Source: Perna viridis (taxonomy: Eukaryota). Taken from it: a stretch of 64,000 nucleotides of DNA. The first letter of the stretch is position 1. Each line of letters opens with the position of its first letter. Under the pieces are notes generated by a model. That model was given only the letters and a program-made list of their open reading frames with translations, was not told the DNA's origin and made no database searches. A program made the position numbers and the translations under genes. This document shows positions 12,701 to 24,930 of this stretch, one piece after another. The stretch is from positions 62,812,862 through 62,876,861 of the forward strand of contig CM074511.1 of the NCBI GenBank assembly GCA_037379345.1, given 5' to 3'.

Positions 12701-15700
12701 TATTGACAATTTCAAACCCATGAATTGATGATTATTAAATTTATCAACATTTTTGTGGTTTGCATCTTGAAGAGATAATTGCGCCACCAAAGGGAAGGAG
12801 AAGTTTATTGATTTTCTATAAATTTAATTTACTTACAATTCTGACATTGCTGTGTAGAAAAACATATTAAGTAAGTCATTTGCAAACAAGATTTTATTTG
12901 GCTTTTCATTATAGATTTTTCAGTAGACTGGAGAACTTTTAGGAGAAGCCTAAATAAATTGATCACGTTGACAGATGATTTTTTTCCTGTTATGTACGAG
13001 ATATTTTTCCTTGGTATTAAAATACTCCCTTGTGTAAAATGAAAGTCACACTTAAAAATGAAATATGTTGAAAATTAGGTAAAATGTCTATTAAGAAACT
13101 GTAAAGGTAATGTTAAGAAGACTTTATTTATGTAACCTGGTACCAACAATATCCAGGTAATGATCACAACTTTATTATAACCCGAAAGATTGTTGACTAA
13201 AATTAAAGTGATTTCTGAAGAAAAAAACAGCTTGGGTTTAGGGTACGACAAAATTTCATTGTCAAATTTTTTAGGCCAGTTGACACAATGAAAAAAAAAA
13301 TATTAAAAGGAAAAAAAATTATTCTTGTTTAGAATCAACTTTTTGGATATGTGTATTAAATTTTTTTTATTGTTTTGTACAAACTGTCTGCAAAACATTT
13401 TTATGTGATATCACTAATTTGGGATCTGACATTCCGATCCATTTACCTTTATAGTGTTATATTGATGTTAATCAGTTTCAGTTTTCCGGAATACCATCAT
13501 ACTGATTCTCTAAAGGACCAATTGTTATTGATTATACATTGAATATTAGGGGAATTTCTTTAACTATATTACATTTCATAACTTAAGCTGTTATGAGGAT
13601 GTATTTGCCATGCAGTGATTGACAAAGAACTAATCAGTGAAGATGTTGCAACTGTAACATGTCAGGATAAGAAAGTGGAATTTGACATGTCTGTTAAAAT
13701 TTATAAGCTGCATTTCAAATATATCTTCTTTTCAAATGGTGGTTCCAGCATATTTCTGTTTTCCTAATGTAATCAACCAAAATTTCCAGCCGATTACTGT
13801 ACCCCCTACAAAACTCACACACTTACTTTATTACAGGTAAAGTCCAAGGCACAATACATCATAGTTTAATGAAAGATCACCAGTGTGACTTACAACCTGG
13901 CACTGCAGTTGTTCTTAGACAGGTAAGGTTCATCATAGTTTAATGAAAGATCACCAGTGTGACTTTACAACCTGGCACTGCAGTTGTTCTTAGGCTGGTA
14001 AGGTTCTGGACTTGACTGTTCAACCTGGTACTGCATTGTTCTTAGACAGGTAAGGTTCTGGGCTTGTCTGTTCAACCTAGCACTGCAGTTGTTTTTAGGC
14101 TGGTAAGGTTCTGGGCGCTTGTCTGTTCAACCTGGCACTACAGTTGTTCTTAGGCTGGTAAGTGGTAAGGTTCTGGACTTGACTATTCAGCCTGATACTG
14201 CAGTTGTTCTTAGACTGGTAAGGTTCTGGACTTGTCTGTTCAAGTTGGTACATGTACTGCATTGTTCTTAGACAGGTAAGGTTCTTGACTTGACTGTTCA
14301 ACCTGGTACTGCAGTTGTTCTTAGGCAGATAAGGTTCTGGGCTTGTCTATTCAACCTTGTACTGCAGTAGTTCTTAGACAGGTAAGGTTCTGGACTTGAC
14401 TTCAACCTGGTACTGCAGTAGTTCTTAGGCAGGTAAGGTTCAGGGCCTAATATTACACCCAGGTACTACTGTTGTTCTTAGACAGGTAAAGTATAGGGGC
14501 TTAGTAGTATTATTAAATATTATTGAAGTAGGTTATATTTATTTCTTCTGCACAGACATTCATTGTGTTCTATTACTTGTATCAGGAACTGAAAATAGTT
14601 TTAAAAAATATGCCCTTTTAGCTTTATTATTATATTCTCATTGTGACATTGTATAAATTTCATAATTTATTGTTTGAAATGAAGAAATGTATCAGGTCTG
14701 ACCGATCGAGACCTTCCTCTATAAGGTCACTGACAAAAATGAAAATGTAGTATTTTTGCCATTCCTTCTATCAGTTCCCCTTGCAGGTCCAGGTGTTAAA
14801 AGAATAGGCCTGCAGCAGCGCTAAGCTTGTCATAAAAGGCGACTAAATAGTGCTCAGAATCCTAGCCGGGGTTAGGGTGCTCTGCCCACAGAGCAACTGG
14901 GATGTGTGCCCCAGGTGGTGGAATGGGGTACCCCTGGCATGTTGAATGCTGGGGTTGTCAGGCTATAATACGGAAAACCTGACTGCAAACCATAGTGGTG
15001 CACTGTGTTGGGAAAGATGCCACATTCCTCGCACGTTAAAGAACCTTACTGTGGTATTCTCCCGGAGTAGGAACCATTGGGCTCCGTCACAGGAGGCTAA
15101 ATGCCCCGACCCTACCCACCTCTCCCTATTTCCAGTGGCAATCAAAATTTGTCGACCCCATTGTCCTTGTGTCCCATCCCTTTTTCATTTCATCATCATT
15201 TCATGTTCATTTTATCATCAATTTCATGTTCATCGTCTGAATATAGCTGAAATATTGCTGCTCGGATGTTAAACCCCAACAAACAAACAAACCTTCTTTC
15301 AGTATAATGAAATATAATGTAAATACTGTAAACAATAGATGTAAACAACTAACAAATAGGGACCATTCCTTTGACATCATCTGATTAGATTTCACCTAAT
15401 GTTAACTAAATGTTAATTTATTTAAGTACTGTTCTGTTTCTGTTATTTTCAAGTCAGATCAATACCTTCCTAACTAGTCAGCAGTGGGGAACAAAAAACA
15501 TGTCATGCAAACTAATCAGTGATTTATAGCTCAATATAAACTGGAGGATTGGGAAAATAACTGGTATTTTCAGGGATTATCTGCAAAATATAGAACTTTA
15601 TTTGTCTTTTCTATTCATGACTGAAGTGTGAAATTATCGTTGTTTATTCATGGGGTCTTTCAGTGATGGCAAATTAAGATAAAGTTATCAAATAAATCCT

Positions 15701-18700
15701 TCTTTTGTTGATGGCCTGGGCTGTTGTTAGATGAATTACTAGTTATATTTACATGGAAGTTAATTTCATTATGCTGCATAGAAAATGAATATTGATATGT
15801 TGATAGTTTGAAGAAATAGGGGACTTTTAGTTTTCTACTTCATTGTTATTTTTATTGAATCTAACATGTACGTTTTGTCAACTTTAGCTTCAATGTCTTT
15901 ATTTGTTTTTTGATTTTTCTTAAGTTTTGATACTTCCATGTTTTGGTAGCATTATTTCAAAAGATATCCTGTTTTAATTACAGTATCATATTATCACACT
16001 TCAAACCTTTAAATTTCTGATAATTTTACTTTATTGATAAAGATTTTTCAGTTGAATATTCCTGTTGATGAACAAAGATTAATGTTTTTTCAGTATCATT
16101 ATAATCTATCAAGCATCTTGTGCATATTTAAGAGTACTAATACATGGTTAATAACCTATCCATCATCCTTTGCATGATATTTAGGAGTACTAGTACATGG
16201 TTAATATGTGATAACCTATCCAGCATCCTTAACATAATATTGAGGAGTACTGGTACATGCTTAATACATGATAACATATCCTGCATCCTTTACTTGTTAT
16301 TTAGGAGAACTAATACATGCTAAATATATGAGAACCTATCCTGCATCCTTTACATGAGACATGTATTTAGGAGTACTGGTACATGCCTAATATGTGATTA
16401 TCTATTCAGAATCTATTACATGATATTTAGGAGCAAATAATTATACACAGGTTCAGCGAAATAGTTGCCCCCACCCCCTGCATACACTGCCAATAACATA
16501 AAAGTAAACTGAAAGTGAAAACAAAACAATGCATCCAGAGGCCAAAAATTCCTTTCTTTGGACAGGTGCAAAAAAATGTGGCAAGGTCAAAGTACTTTGG
16601 CCTGATCACAACCCTCTCCCTTTTAAATTTGGCCACTGTATTAGTGCACAATTAGACACACCTAAAAATCAGTTCAAAAAAGTCTTAGTCTCTTATTAAA
16701 ACAGAAATAAAGAAACTGATTGTATGTTGCAAAAATGAACAAACAATGGACTACTTGCAGTTAACTGACATACTAGCTCCAGACCAGTTTAAATGCACAA
16801 AAAGTTATGCTCTCACTGTAGGTAATATCAATCCCAATGCTTCGCATGTGGGATTGAGAATCATGGTACTTCATATGTCATACAATAAGTACACATGCAG
16901 AAAATTGCTTTTAGATTTAGTGTGTTAGTTTCTATGTAAAGACCCCATGAGCCAATCAATGTTACTAGTACATGTAATACCAAAAAATGCCATCTTGAAT
17001 GATTTGACAGCAATATCATGCCTATATCCCTTAAGAATAAGCCTTTTCAATGGTTTAGTTAACTTTTTGGATGAATATTGACCTTTCCATGCTTTTTGAA
17101 GAATATTTCCTTTAAATTTGTAATCCTTCACTTGATATTTAGGAGTACTAGTACATGCATATATACTAAAAACTTATCCAACATGATTTTCATGATATTT
17201 AGGAGGACTAGTTCATGCCTTAGTAATTGTAGTGGCTTCTACACTTCTATAAGTTTTTACTAAGACTAATTGATTTTTATCTTCTGGCAAGCCGTTAGAC
17301 TTTGACTTGAATGATGGTGCAAACAGTTTGCAAGCAATGTTCCACCATTCAAATGTATATTACTTCCTTAATAATGGTTTCCCCTTTGTTGTCGTTATAA
17401 CAGAGTTAAAAGAGGCCTTTTGATGTATAGCTTGTGTTCTGATTGAGTTTTGTAAACAATGTAAGACTATGTAAGAAAGACTTCTAACACAAAGTATTGA
17501 TTTATATGTTATATTTCTAAATAGAAACATAAAAAGGTTGTGACAATGTAATTATACCATTAAATTGGTGCACATCATTGATTATTCTCTGTTCTTTGTC
17601 CTTTCTGTAAGGAAAAAGAACAGGTAATGCATCTCAATTGATTTTACATGTTACCATCTTTTTTCTTCAGAAAAGAATGTTAAGCATGTCAATATATGTA
17701 ATTCGAATCGTCTTTTAGAAACTGAAAAGGACAAATCCATATTGGCATTTAGTGGCAATGCATGTAGTTGTACCATTAATTTCGTTGTGTGTCTTAATTT
17801 TGTAAAAAGAACAAAATTGTAATAGGAAATTAAAATTTTTGTTTCAACCTGATAAAACCATGAGCCTTGAACCGTAAAGATATTGGACTGGAATAGTGAT
17901 AGGAACTACAAACCATTTCCAAAATAAATATAGAAGATTTGTGTTAAGGTCATATTATCCATCACATCAATAGAAGGGGGAGGGGCACATTGTTTTGTCT
18001 TGTAGGTCTGTTTGTCTGACCATCTCAGTTCATGTTTTTTTTCTTTTTTTACTATAAAATAAAGTTTGGGGTATATGAGAAATTCCCTGTTCATCCATTT
18101 CAATTCCTCAATTTCTTGTAAGCAGATCTCCTTCACTGCTGAAGAGATTTGATGAAATTTAATAGGAAGATAATGCATCATATTCAGATGTTCACCAGAA
18201 GCCCAAAAGCACAGCTCTTCCTAAGCCCAGACACGATCTTCTTTCTATTTGAACAGGAATTCCTTGTTTTTAATCTGAATTTTTAGTATAAAAAATAGAT
18301 TTTTTTTTCTGGCAGTTAACAGAAAATGGATAGATATGGTTATTTAGAATTATTTATTCCAAGTAAATTTTATATAATTTTATATGATCATCATACCATT
18401 GGCAGCCTTATTTTCTAAGCTTTATGATTGTATGCAACTTTTAGAACATGTTTGTCCTTGAAATTCACATTTAAACTTTGAAAATTACTTTTTTAACATG
18501 TTAAGTAATTGAAACTTTAGAAGTGGTTAGTGAGACTTAAAGGTTTACATGTTAAACCAAAAATGCAACTCATTCTAAGTGGCAGCCACTCAAAGAATTT
18601 TGATAAAATTTTATAGGCATCATATGTATGTGCATGAAGTTATATATGTATAGTCAGAGGAATCAAGAGGAAGGTAATCCAACTTAAAGGTCTTTACATA

Positions 18701-21700
18701 TTAAAACATCGTATGTGCAAATCCTCATGTACAACTTTAGGGATTTTTATCGAATTCTATAGGAAATTTGGGCATGATATGTAGATTTGCATGAAGGAAT
18801 ACAAATATTGTTGGAGGACATCAAAGGGAGATGTTCTAACATTTAAACTTCCTGGGGTATTTTCTTTGTGAGCTTGCTATTGTTATTATTTATTTTTTTT
18901 TTTATTTGAATGAAACTTTACACAGGCATTCAGTACATTAGTAGATTTGCAATGTCTTTGTAATTTTTAGGAGGGTGATAAAGCTAGAACTTGGATTGTC
19001 TTTATTATTCATACATCCCACCTGGTAGTCCTTTCAAACATAATTTATCATCTGCCTTTTTCATTTTTATGCCAATTATGCTTTCATTCTTGTGAATTTT
19101 TTCAAGGATTTTAAAAATATACTAATAAGGAGCTGTGTATATTTTCAGGTCAGCATGATAAGTCCATCAGCAAGGAACCACTATCTGAATGTAACACCAT
19201 CTAATATTGTAGCGATTTATAGCAACTCTTCCAATGGATTGAGAACAGTCAAGAATTTTGCTGAAGATAAACTTTTGAGTTCTGCTCTTAGTAATATTGA
19301 GCCTTACTTGACTGAGGAGAATAATACCAGGAGACTATCAGGACTAAATAGTCCAGTGACTCCTCAGGTAGGTGGTGGACCACGACCTAGACTTAATTCG
19401 CCACAGTCTCTACTAGTTACACAAAATCAAAGACCAACATTTACTCCTGGACCAGTTCAAGCTTTAAGCTCTGGAACCTATAGTTCAACAATACGGACAC
19501 CACAAAGTGTCAAACCTGTAAATAGTCCTCAAGTACCTGGACAAAGGCTTGCTTTTGTGAGTGGACTAAGTGGAAACTGTAATTTTGGTGCTAATGGTCC
19601 ACCATTTAGTACTCAACAACAACCTCTCACTCAAATTCCACAAAGACCTCCATCCTCTAACAAATTTAGATTTATAAAAACTCCTAGTGTTGGAAATAGT
19701 GCCATATCGACATCTTCCCACAATAGTGCAATGAATATGTCAAATGCCTGTAGCATGAATCATAACAAATCAGAATCAACTCCTTCAATGTACACCAATG
19801 GTGCTAACAAACAAGTCTTTAATAGAGATAACTCACAGACTAGGCCATTTGTTTGTACAATGAACTTAGGACAGAAACCATCTTTTAACAGAAATATTTG
19901 CTCTACAGACTTCTCAACTAATAATGATACCCTTTCTGCCAAGTTAGGTGGTAATAATTTTGATAATCAAGTATCATTGAGACCACCTCTAGTATCTCCT
20001 AGTGTCCAAACAACAAGACAACATGAGCCAGCAACTATAAATACCTGTAGCAATGGGTCGGCTAAAAAAAGCTTCAAGTTTAAATCATCAGAATCTAATA
20101 TATCACCTGAGAACAACAGCTTACCTGGCACTACGTCCTTAAGAGAACCACCAAGACCTTTTCTAGAGGCTGAATCTTTATGGCAGGATGGTAAGTTTTG
20201 ATCAGAGTGGTAGGATGTATGATAGAATTACATGTCTGCTGTAGGCAGTGATTTGTCGCCTTATTATACCCCACCACATGAAGTTCTAACATATCATGTG
20301 ATACCCTCTGAAAAGTTGCCCTACAGTTTCCAGATGATAACTTGAGAAAGGATCAATGATATTTTTTTTTGAAAATTTGCACAGTTGTTAAGTACCATAA
20401 AATACAGGTCAAGTCAATTTTCAGCATATTCCAAAATGTAGTTTTCGAGTAGAGCCATTTTGAATATTTTGCCATCCCCCTTTTTTCACCATTATGTACC
20501 AGGATATCACTTAATGTTCTATTTATACTACCCAATTTTTTTAAAGTGTCCCTGCCTATGAGTTTTGTTAGAATTCTTGTGCTTGGCAGAATCACAAAAT
20601 TCTGGGAGAAACTTTAATTTTGAGGAATTTTGCATTATTTTGAGCCAATTTTGCATGGAAGCAAATTATGTGTGTAAGGAAAAATGCTGAATATTTTGTG
20701 CATAATTTCATCACAGAGTTTTGGAGTTGACAAAATTAAAACTAAGGATTTTCCAAAATTTTGACATTTTCGAGGCAGAAGTTCTCATGAATGATTGTAA
20801 AAGCAATTTGTATAGGTAACAACGGTCAATACAATACACACAAAACTTGTCTCCTAAAAATCAACAAAACTTTCAAAATTGACTGACCAAAACACAAACA
20901 AAATTGGAAAAGAACATAAATCAAATACAGCAACTTTGTTATATACTTCTCCTGATGAAAACTTTGTTATATACTTCTCCTGATGAAAACTTGCTATTTG
21001 TTTTATAATCTGCTAAGACTATTACTGCTGGTACATTTTCCATGGAAATTTACAAACTAACTTTTTTTTGTATTATCTCACACAGATGAGATTTTACTGA
21101 TTATGATATGTCTTTTCTCCAGACACCAAAGTTGTCATAATTTGTCTGCTATGATATAGATATGGTACCTAAAAAACTAAGAAGAAAAAAATTAGATGAG
21201 AATTATGTAACAATGTATGATTTCTGTAGTATTCTTAAGAGATGTAATCTTCAAAAAGTAAATTAAAGTCATTTCAGAAATAAAAGAAATTGAAGCATTT
21301 CCACTCAAATAGAGTTAATACCATAGTAAAAGATTTGTCTGCATTATAAAAGAAGTTTGGTAATGGCCTTGGTTGCCTAGATATTAATGATATTCATCAA
21401 TTTTCCATTCTTGAGATTTTCTTTAGATGCCAAGTTTACCCCTGATGGTCTGTTATTGATGTAGAATTAAGACCACTCTTGTGAGACCTTGTCAGATGCA
21501 TATGAGTGACAAGGAATATTATTAAGTTGTTTTTTTTTGTTTTTTTTTGTCTTCATGGGAATTTCTTGTTTTTCATATAGTATTATTTATGAAAGGAGTG
21601 GCAGTAATTAACCAAATTACAAGAAAGTCAAACATAGGTTATTTGGATTATTTTTACATATAAATTGGTTGTTGGTGAACTTTTTGTACTAAAGGGTTAC

Positions 21701-22196
21701 TCTATGGTCATGAATGAAGAAATAATAAGGATTATTCATTTAGAGTTGGAGCCTGGAAAACAGGCTAAGGTTGTTTTTGTCTGTTGCTTCTGTATACCGT
21801 TATAGTAAAGATTTTAGCTGAGAAATGTTAGACAAGAACAAAGCAGCCAGTGTGGACTGGATTTGTGAGATTTTCATGCCTTGAAAGACATGAAATTTGT
21901 ATAAACATGTACTACAATGTTTTACATTAAGTCATTTTATTATATTATTTCTTTAATTTCTGTTATATAACTTCAAGTTTTCATGCACTTAATGCATTCA
22001 TTTATCAACTGCATGAGTTTTAATAAGGAATTACACTTCATAGTATGTTTAAGTCGATTCTAGAATTTTTAAGACTAACTAATACATTTAATCATGTTTC
22101 CAACTTTTAGCTTTAATATAAAAAATGTAATATCATTTTGTAATTTCAGATCTGAGTGATGACTTGTTATCACAGCTCTCAGAGGAGATGATTTAG
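2498..22196 (+). CDS. HROB: Homologous recombination OB-fold protein (HROB/MCM8IP/C17orf53 orthologue), 5'-incomplete, multi-exon
   Basis: Phase-compatible GT-AG exons: 2498-2729 (or 2726), 3186-3472, 5068-5142, 6653-6793, 8057-8165, 13837-13922, 19149-20190, 22150-22196 (TAG). They encode RRKFPGPAGLLP, then the OB fold (PWQTL...FSIATSLQK-TRKKLLPKGKVPLVLALIESVDWQGSDASVCLKDKSG-KVQGTIHHSLMKDHQCDLQPGTAVVLRQ-VSMISPSARNHYLNVTPSNIVAIYS) and the acidic tail DDLSDDLLSQLSEEMI. The first and third exons rest mainly on splice and frame fit. Confidence 0.88.
2952..3062. repeat. 27-bp intronic minisatellite, 4 copies
   Basis: Unit CATCATGGTGAACTGTTCTGTGGTAAA repeated almost exactly. Confidence 0.95.
5690..6400. 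repeat. Degenerate dispersed repeat with internal tandem subunits (Helentron/HINE-like); related copy at ~22860-23360
   Basis: Recurring blocks such as TTTAAAATTGTACCACAAGGTGCCATAC and GGGCCAAAAAGGGGCCAGAAACAA occur at both loci. Boundaries are approximate. Confidence 0.5.
6919..7380. mobile_element. PIF/Harbinger-like MITE, uninterrupted 462-bp copy in opposite orientation to 698-1805
   Basis: Same TIRs as the outer element; the interior is the reverse complement of 698-1047 joined to 1696-1805. Confidence 0.85.
8471..9691 (+). mobile_element. Non-autonomous Helentron-type element (HINE-like) with internal tandem repeats
   Basis: Starts TTTTTTAGCTCACCTGG...; internal repeats contain GATTTTTGATCCATGGAAAAACATGG three times; ends CCAGGTGAATGTTTCAGGCTCCAGGGATTCTCTTGTT (subterminal IR plus hairpin). 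Confidence 0.7.
9754..9782. repeat. (TA)n microsatellite
   Basis: Direct observation. Confidence 0.95.
9784..10390 (-). mobile_element. Second HINE-like element of the same family, opposite strand
   Basis: Reverse-complement termini: ...GGCCAGGTGAGCTAAAA at 10390 and AACCAAGAGGCTCCCAGGAGCCTGAATCGCTCACCTGG at 9784. Confidence 0.7.
13923..14490 (+). repeat. ~55-bp minisatellite derived from the 3' end of an HROB exon plus its splice donor
   Basis: About 10 copies of CAACCTGG(C/T)ACTGCAGTTGTTCTTAG(A/G)C(A/T)G-GTAAGGTTCTGG follow exon 13837-13922. Confidence 0.9.
14776..15291 (+). mobile_element. Full-length SINE-like non-autonomous retroposon
   Basis: 12-bp TSD CCTTCT(A/T)TCAGT at 14764-14775 and 15292-15303; (AAAC)n tail after ATAGCTGAAATATTGCTG...GTTAAACCCC; central GCACGTTAAAGAACC resembling Nin/Deu-type SINE cores; GC-richer than the flanks. 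Confidence 0.75.
16100..17220. repeat. ~66-bp degenerate minisatellite interrupted by an insertion (~16435-17115)
   Basis: Unit ATAACCTATCCAGCATCCTT...ATGATATTTAGGAGTACTAGTACATG at 16100-16430, resuming at ~17120-17220. Confidence 0.75.
16690..17110 (-). mobile_element. 3' fragment of a probable Penelope-like retroelement
   Basis: ORF end GNILQKAWK...KKLTKPLKRLILKGYRHDIAVKSFKMAFFG...IDWLMGSLHRN* resembles the C-terminus of bivalve Penelope-like ORFs, from recall only. Confidence 0.4.
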
Positions 22197-23374
22197 CTCT
22201 GTAGATGAAAAGAGACTCGAAAACAATCATGCATCTTGTATAATTATCAATCTTTGAAGACTATTAATGTATTCATATTCATTTAACAGAGTTATACTTT
22301 TTAAGAACCAGTCCATAAACAATTAAGACTTTGCCAATGGTATAGGTTATTCAAGGTGCAGGAAAAAGTAACTGAACACATGATGATCTAAATATTCCTT
22401 TTTTCAGAACTATAGTCCTTTTTATATACAGATCTCTATTTTGGAGGGAAAAACTAGCATTTCAATCAACTAAATCCAGAATAATAATTCTTAGAAAGTG
22501 CTAATTTCATATATGATCTATATAATAGAATTCATATTGCACCAACTGAACAACAAACGAAGACTGGATATATGTCTGTAACTATTTCTAAATAAGAAAT
22601 AAAAGTAAATTTGATGGGATTTTGACATTCATGAATCACTTCCTGTCTAATTTTTATAAAGACTATGAAACAGTTTATTACGTCTTGCTACAGTGAAACC
22701 TATCCGATTAAAAACCAATCTAATTAGAATTACGACAACCTTAATGCTGAATTTTCTTGAAAACCTTCAGAATCTGACTGAAATTAGATTAAGAGAGTTT
22801 AGTACTAAGGGTTTCTATCATCAGTTTTTTTTTGTATTGATTTTTTAAAGATTACTGTTGATAAACTGATTTGAAAGGCAAACTAAATACACTTTATTTG
22901 ATTTTGGGGGTTATGGACCCAACCGTTTTTTTAATAAGGAGCCAAAAAACCATTCCATACAAATCAACTTTGTAACTCAAAAGCATATGGATGTGTAATT
23001 CCACAATATTTTATATCACAAAGGTTAGACTGAGATTGATTTTTGATATCAGACTTGCACCCATAAGGAATAAGGGGCCAAGAAGGGACTAGAAACAATA
23101 ATTTTCTTGATTTCTGGACAATTACTTGACTATTGTGAAATGGATTTATTTAAAATTGTACCACAAGTACCATACCACTAAAGGAACTCTAGGATTGATT
23201 TTTAGGGTTATGACTTGAGCTGTTTAAGAATGAGGAGCATAATAAGGAACAGAAACAAGCATTTCATGATGTTCAAACATTTACTTAAGTAGATGTGAAT
23301 AGATCCCTTTAAATTGTATTACAAAGTACTGAGAGATATTTTTGGGATTGTGACTTGAGCTTAATTAGTGTATA

Positions 23375-24180
23375 CATACATCTGTATTAACCAAAGTCAA
23401 TAAAACTGTAGGTTATACAATTACAAAGAATGTTAATTCAATACATATTAAATAGTCAGCAGAAGGTTATGTTGAGAAAGTTATACGGTAACATGGCTGA
23501 TCGTACTTTCATAGCTCGAAATATAAATTTACCCAAATTAAAAAGTTCTTTAACATTACAAGAACTCATAAATCATAGATAGTTTTTTTCCAATAATAAG
23601 GTTTAATAAAATACGACCTAAAACCACGATAGAGAGGACATTTTAACGCAAAATGCATCTCATCGTCGATGTCATCTTTACAAAATAAACAGTCTATTGT
23701 TTCTAGAGATGGCGGAAAATTGACCGCACTCAATAGCTAAATTATGACTGCTAAGTCTCAACTTAGTAATACATTTTTTATATACATCTGGTATAGGTTT
23801 ACATAAATAAAATTGAAGGCATAAATTCTGAACCATGTATTGATAACTAATACATTTACTTGAACTTCTCAAGAGACTATCAAACTCTTGTATCTGACAA
23901 TCATATAAACGTTGTTTGATCAATAAAAAAAAAAAGCATTGCAGACCTTTGAAATATCACCAAGACCTATTCTGAAAAACTCATTCTTGATCAAATGCAA
24001 CCAATTAGTGCTATTACTAGAACATTTCAACAACTGTTCATATAAATACATAATTTTTCAAAATACAATTTGAAGTACATAATAATTTGAACCAGTATTT
24101 GAAAATTTTGCACTTTCTAGTATACAACAAGGGCATTCTGTCTAGTTCATAGTAAACCATCATGTTAATGTCACCACTTG
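23375..24180 (-). mobile_element. 5'-truncated, decayed non-LTR retrotransposon (ORF2 C-terminus)
   Basis: IKQRLYDCQIQE...ITKLRLSSHNLAIECGQF...DDIDDEC...CPLY...FIKPYYW...KELFNLGKFI, the typical Cys/His-containing C-terminal region of LINE ORF2. Confidence 0.75.
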
Positions 24181-24489
24181 AGAATTTTGAAATTATGAAA
24201 AAAATGTGTATATTTGTCCAAATATGAGCAAATAAAAGCCCGGAAATCCTCTCCCCTTTTATAACTTTTAAGTCGAAACCCCCTTCCTTTATAAAATTTC
24301 TGGGTCCGCCTATAATACTAATTAGCCAAATTCCAAAGAAAATAGAACGTTAATGGTAAACTAACAAACATCCGGACTCATTCAAGTGGATAATAATGTA
24401 AATTTGTTGGGATATGGCACCGACTTCTATGATATTTTTAAATAAAAAAAAATCCTGGTCCCAAAGGCCTGTGCCTTTTTTCATAAAAA

Positions 24490-24930
24490 AGTGCGAATGT
24501 GGGAGGTCGTGAGTTCGGCCCATGACTAAGTCAAACCAATATGGTAAGCCGTTGTGGAATTTATTCCCCATATATTGATATCAATAAATATTTATCAGCA
24601 TGTTCATAGATTATTTATTGATATTGATAAATAGATGAATTAGTAACATGTTGATAAATATTTAATAAATTCCAGAACGGCTAGCCATACACCAAGTGAC
24701 GTATAAATTGGGCACTGCTTTTCCGCAAATCACCAGTACAGAGTGACGACTGGTTTGCTGGAAGTCAGAATATCTGCGAGTAGGGTGGCATGCCTACCCT
24801 TGGACTTGTGCTTCTGTGAGCTAGCACAATAAAAATCCAACTGAGCGTGTAGGACTATTACGAAGCTGGACTGTTCGATTGGTAATTCGTTTTCGTCCCA
24901 TAGGACGTTGAACAATAATAAATCAAATAA
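24490..24930 (+). mobile_element. tRNA-derived SINE (Meta/RUDI-like), split by a small MITE at 24540-24689
   Basis: B-box-like GAGTTCGGCCC then GTCAAACC, core GACTGGTTTGCTGGAAGTCAG...GTGAGCTAGCACAATAAAAATCCAACTGAGCGTG, A-rich tail. The insert has TIRs TATGGTAAGCCGTTGTGGAATTTATT / AATAAATTCCAGAACGGCTAGCCATA. Confidence 0.7.

Noticed and set aside
13923-14490. CRISPR-like array, or the coding ORF 14095-14301 (-)
   Set aside because: It is a simple tandem repeat derived from the exon/donor junction; the minus-strand ORF is a by-product of the repeat.
19092-20201. Stand-alone 369-aa gene
   Set aside because: It is an internal HROB exon bounded by an AG at 19147-19148 and GTAAGT at 20191.
24490-24540. 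tRNA gene
   Set aside because: Only a degenerate B-box-like head of a SINE is present; no cloverleaf.
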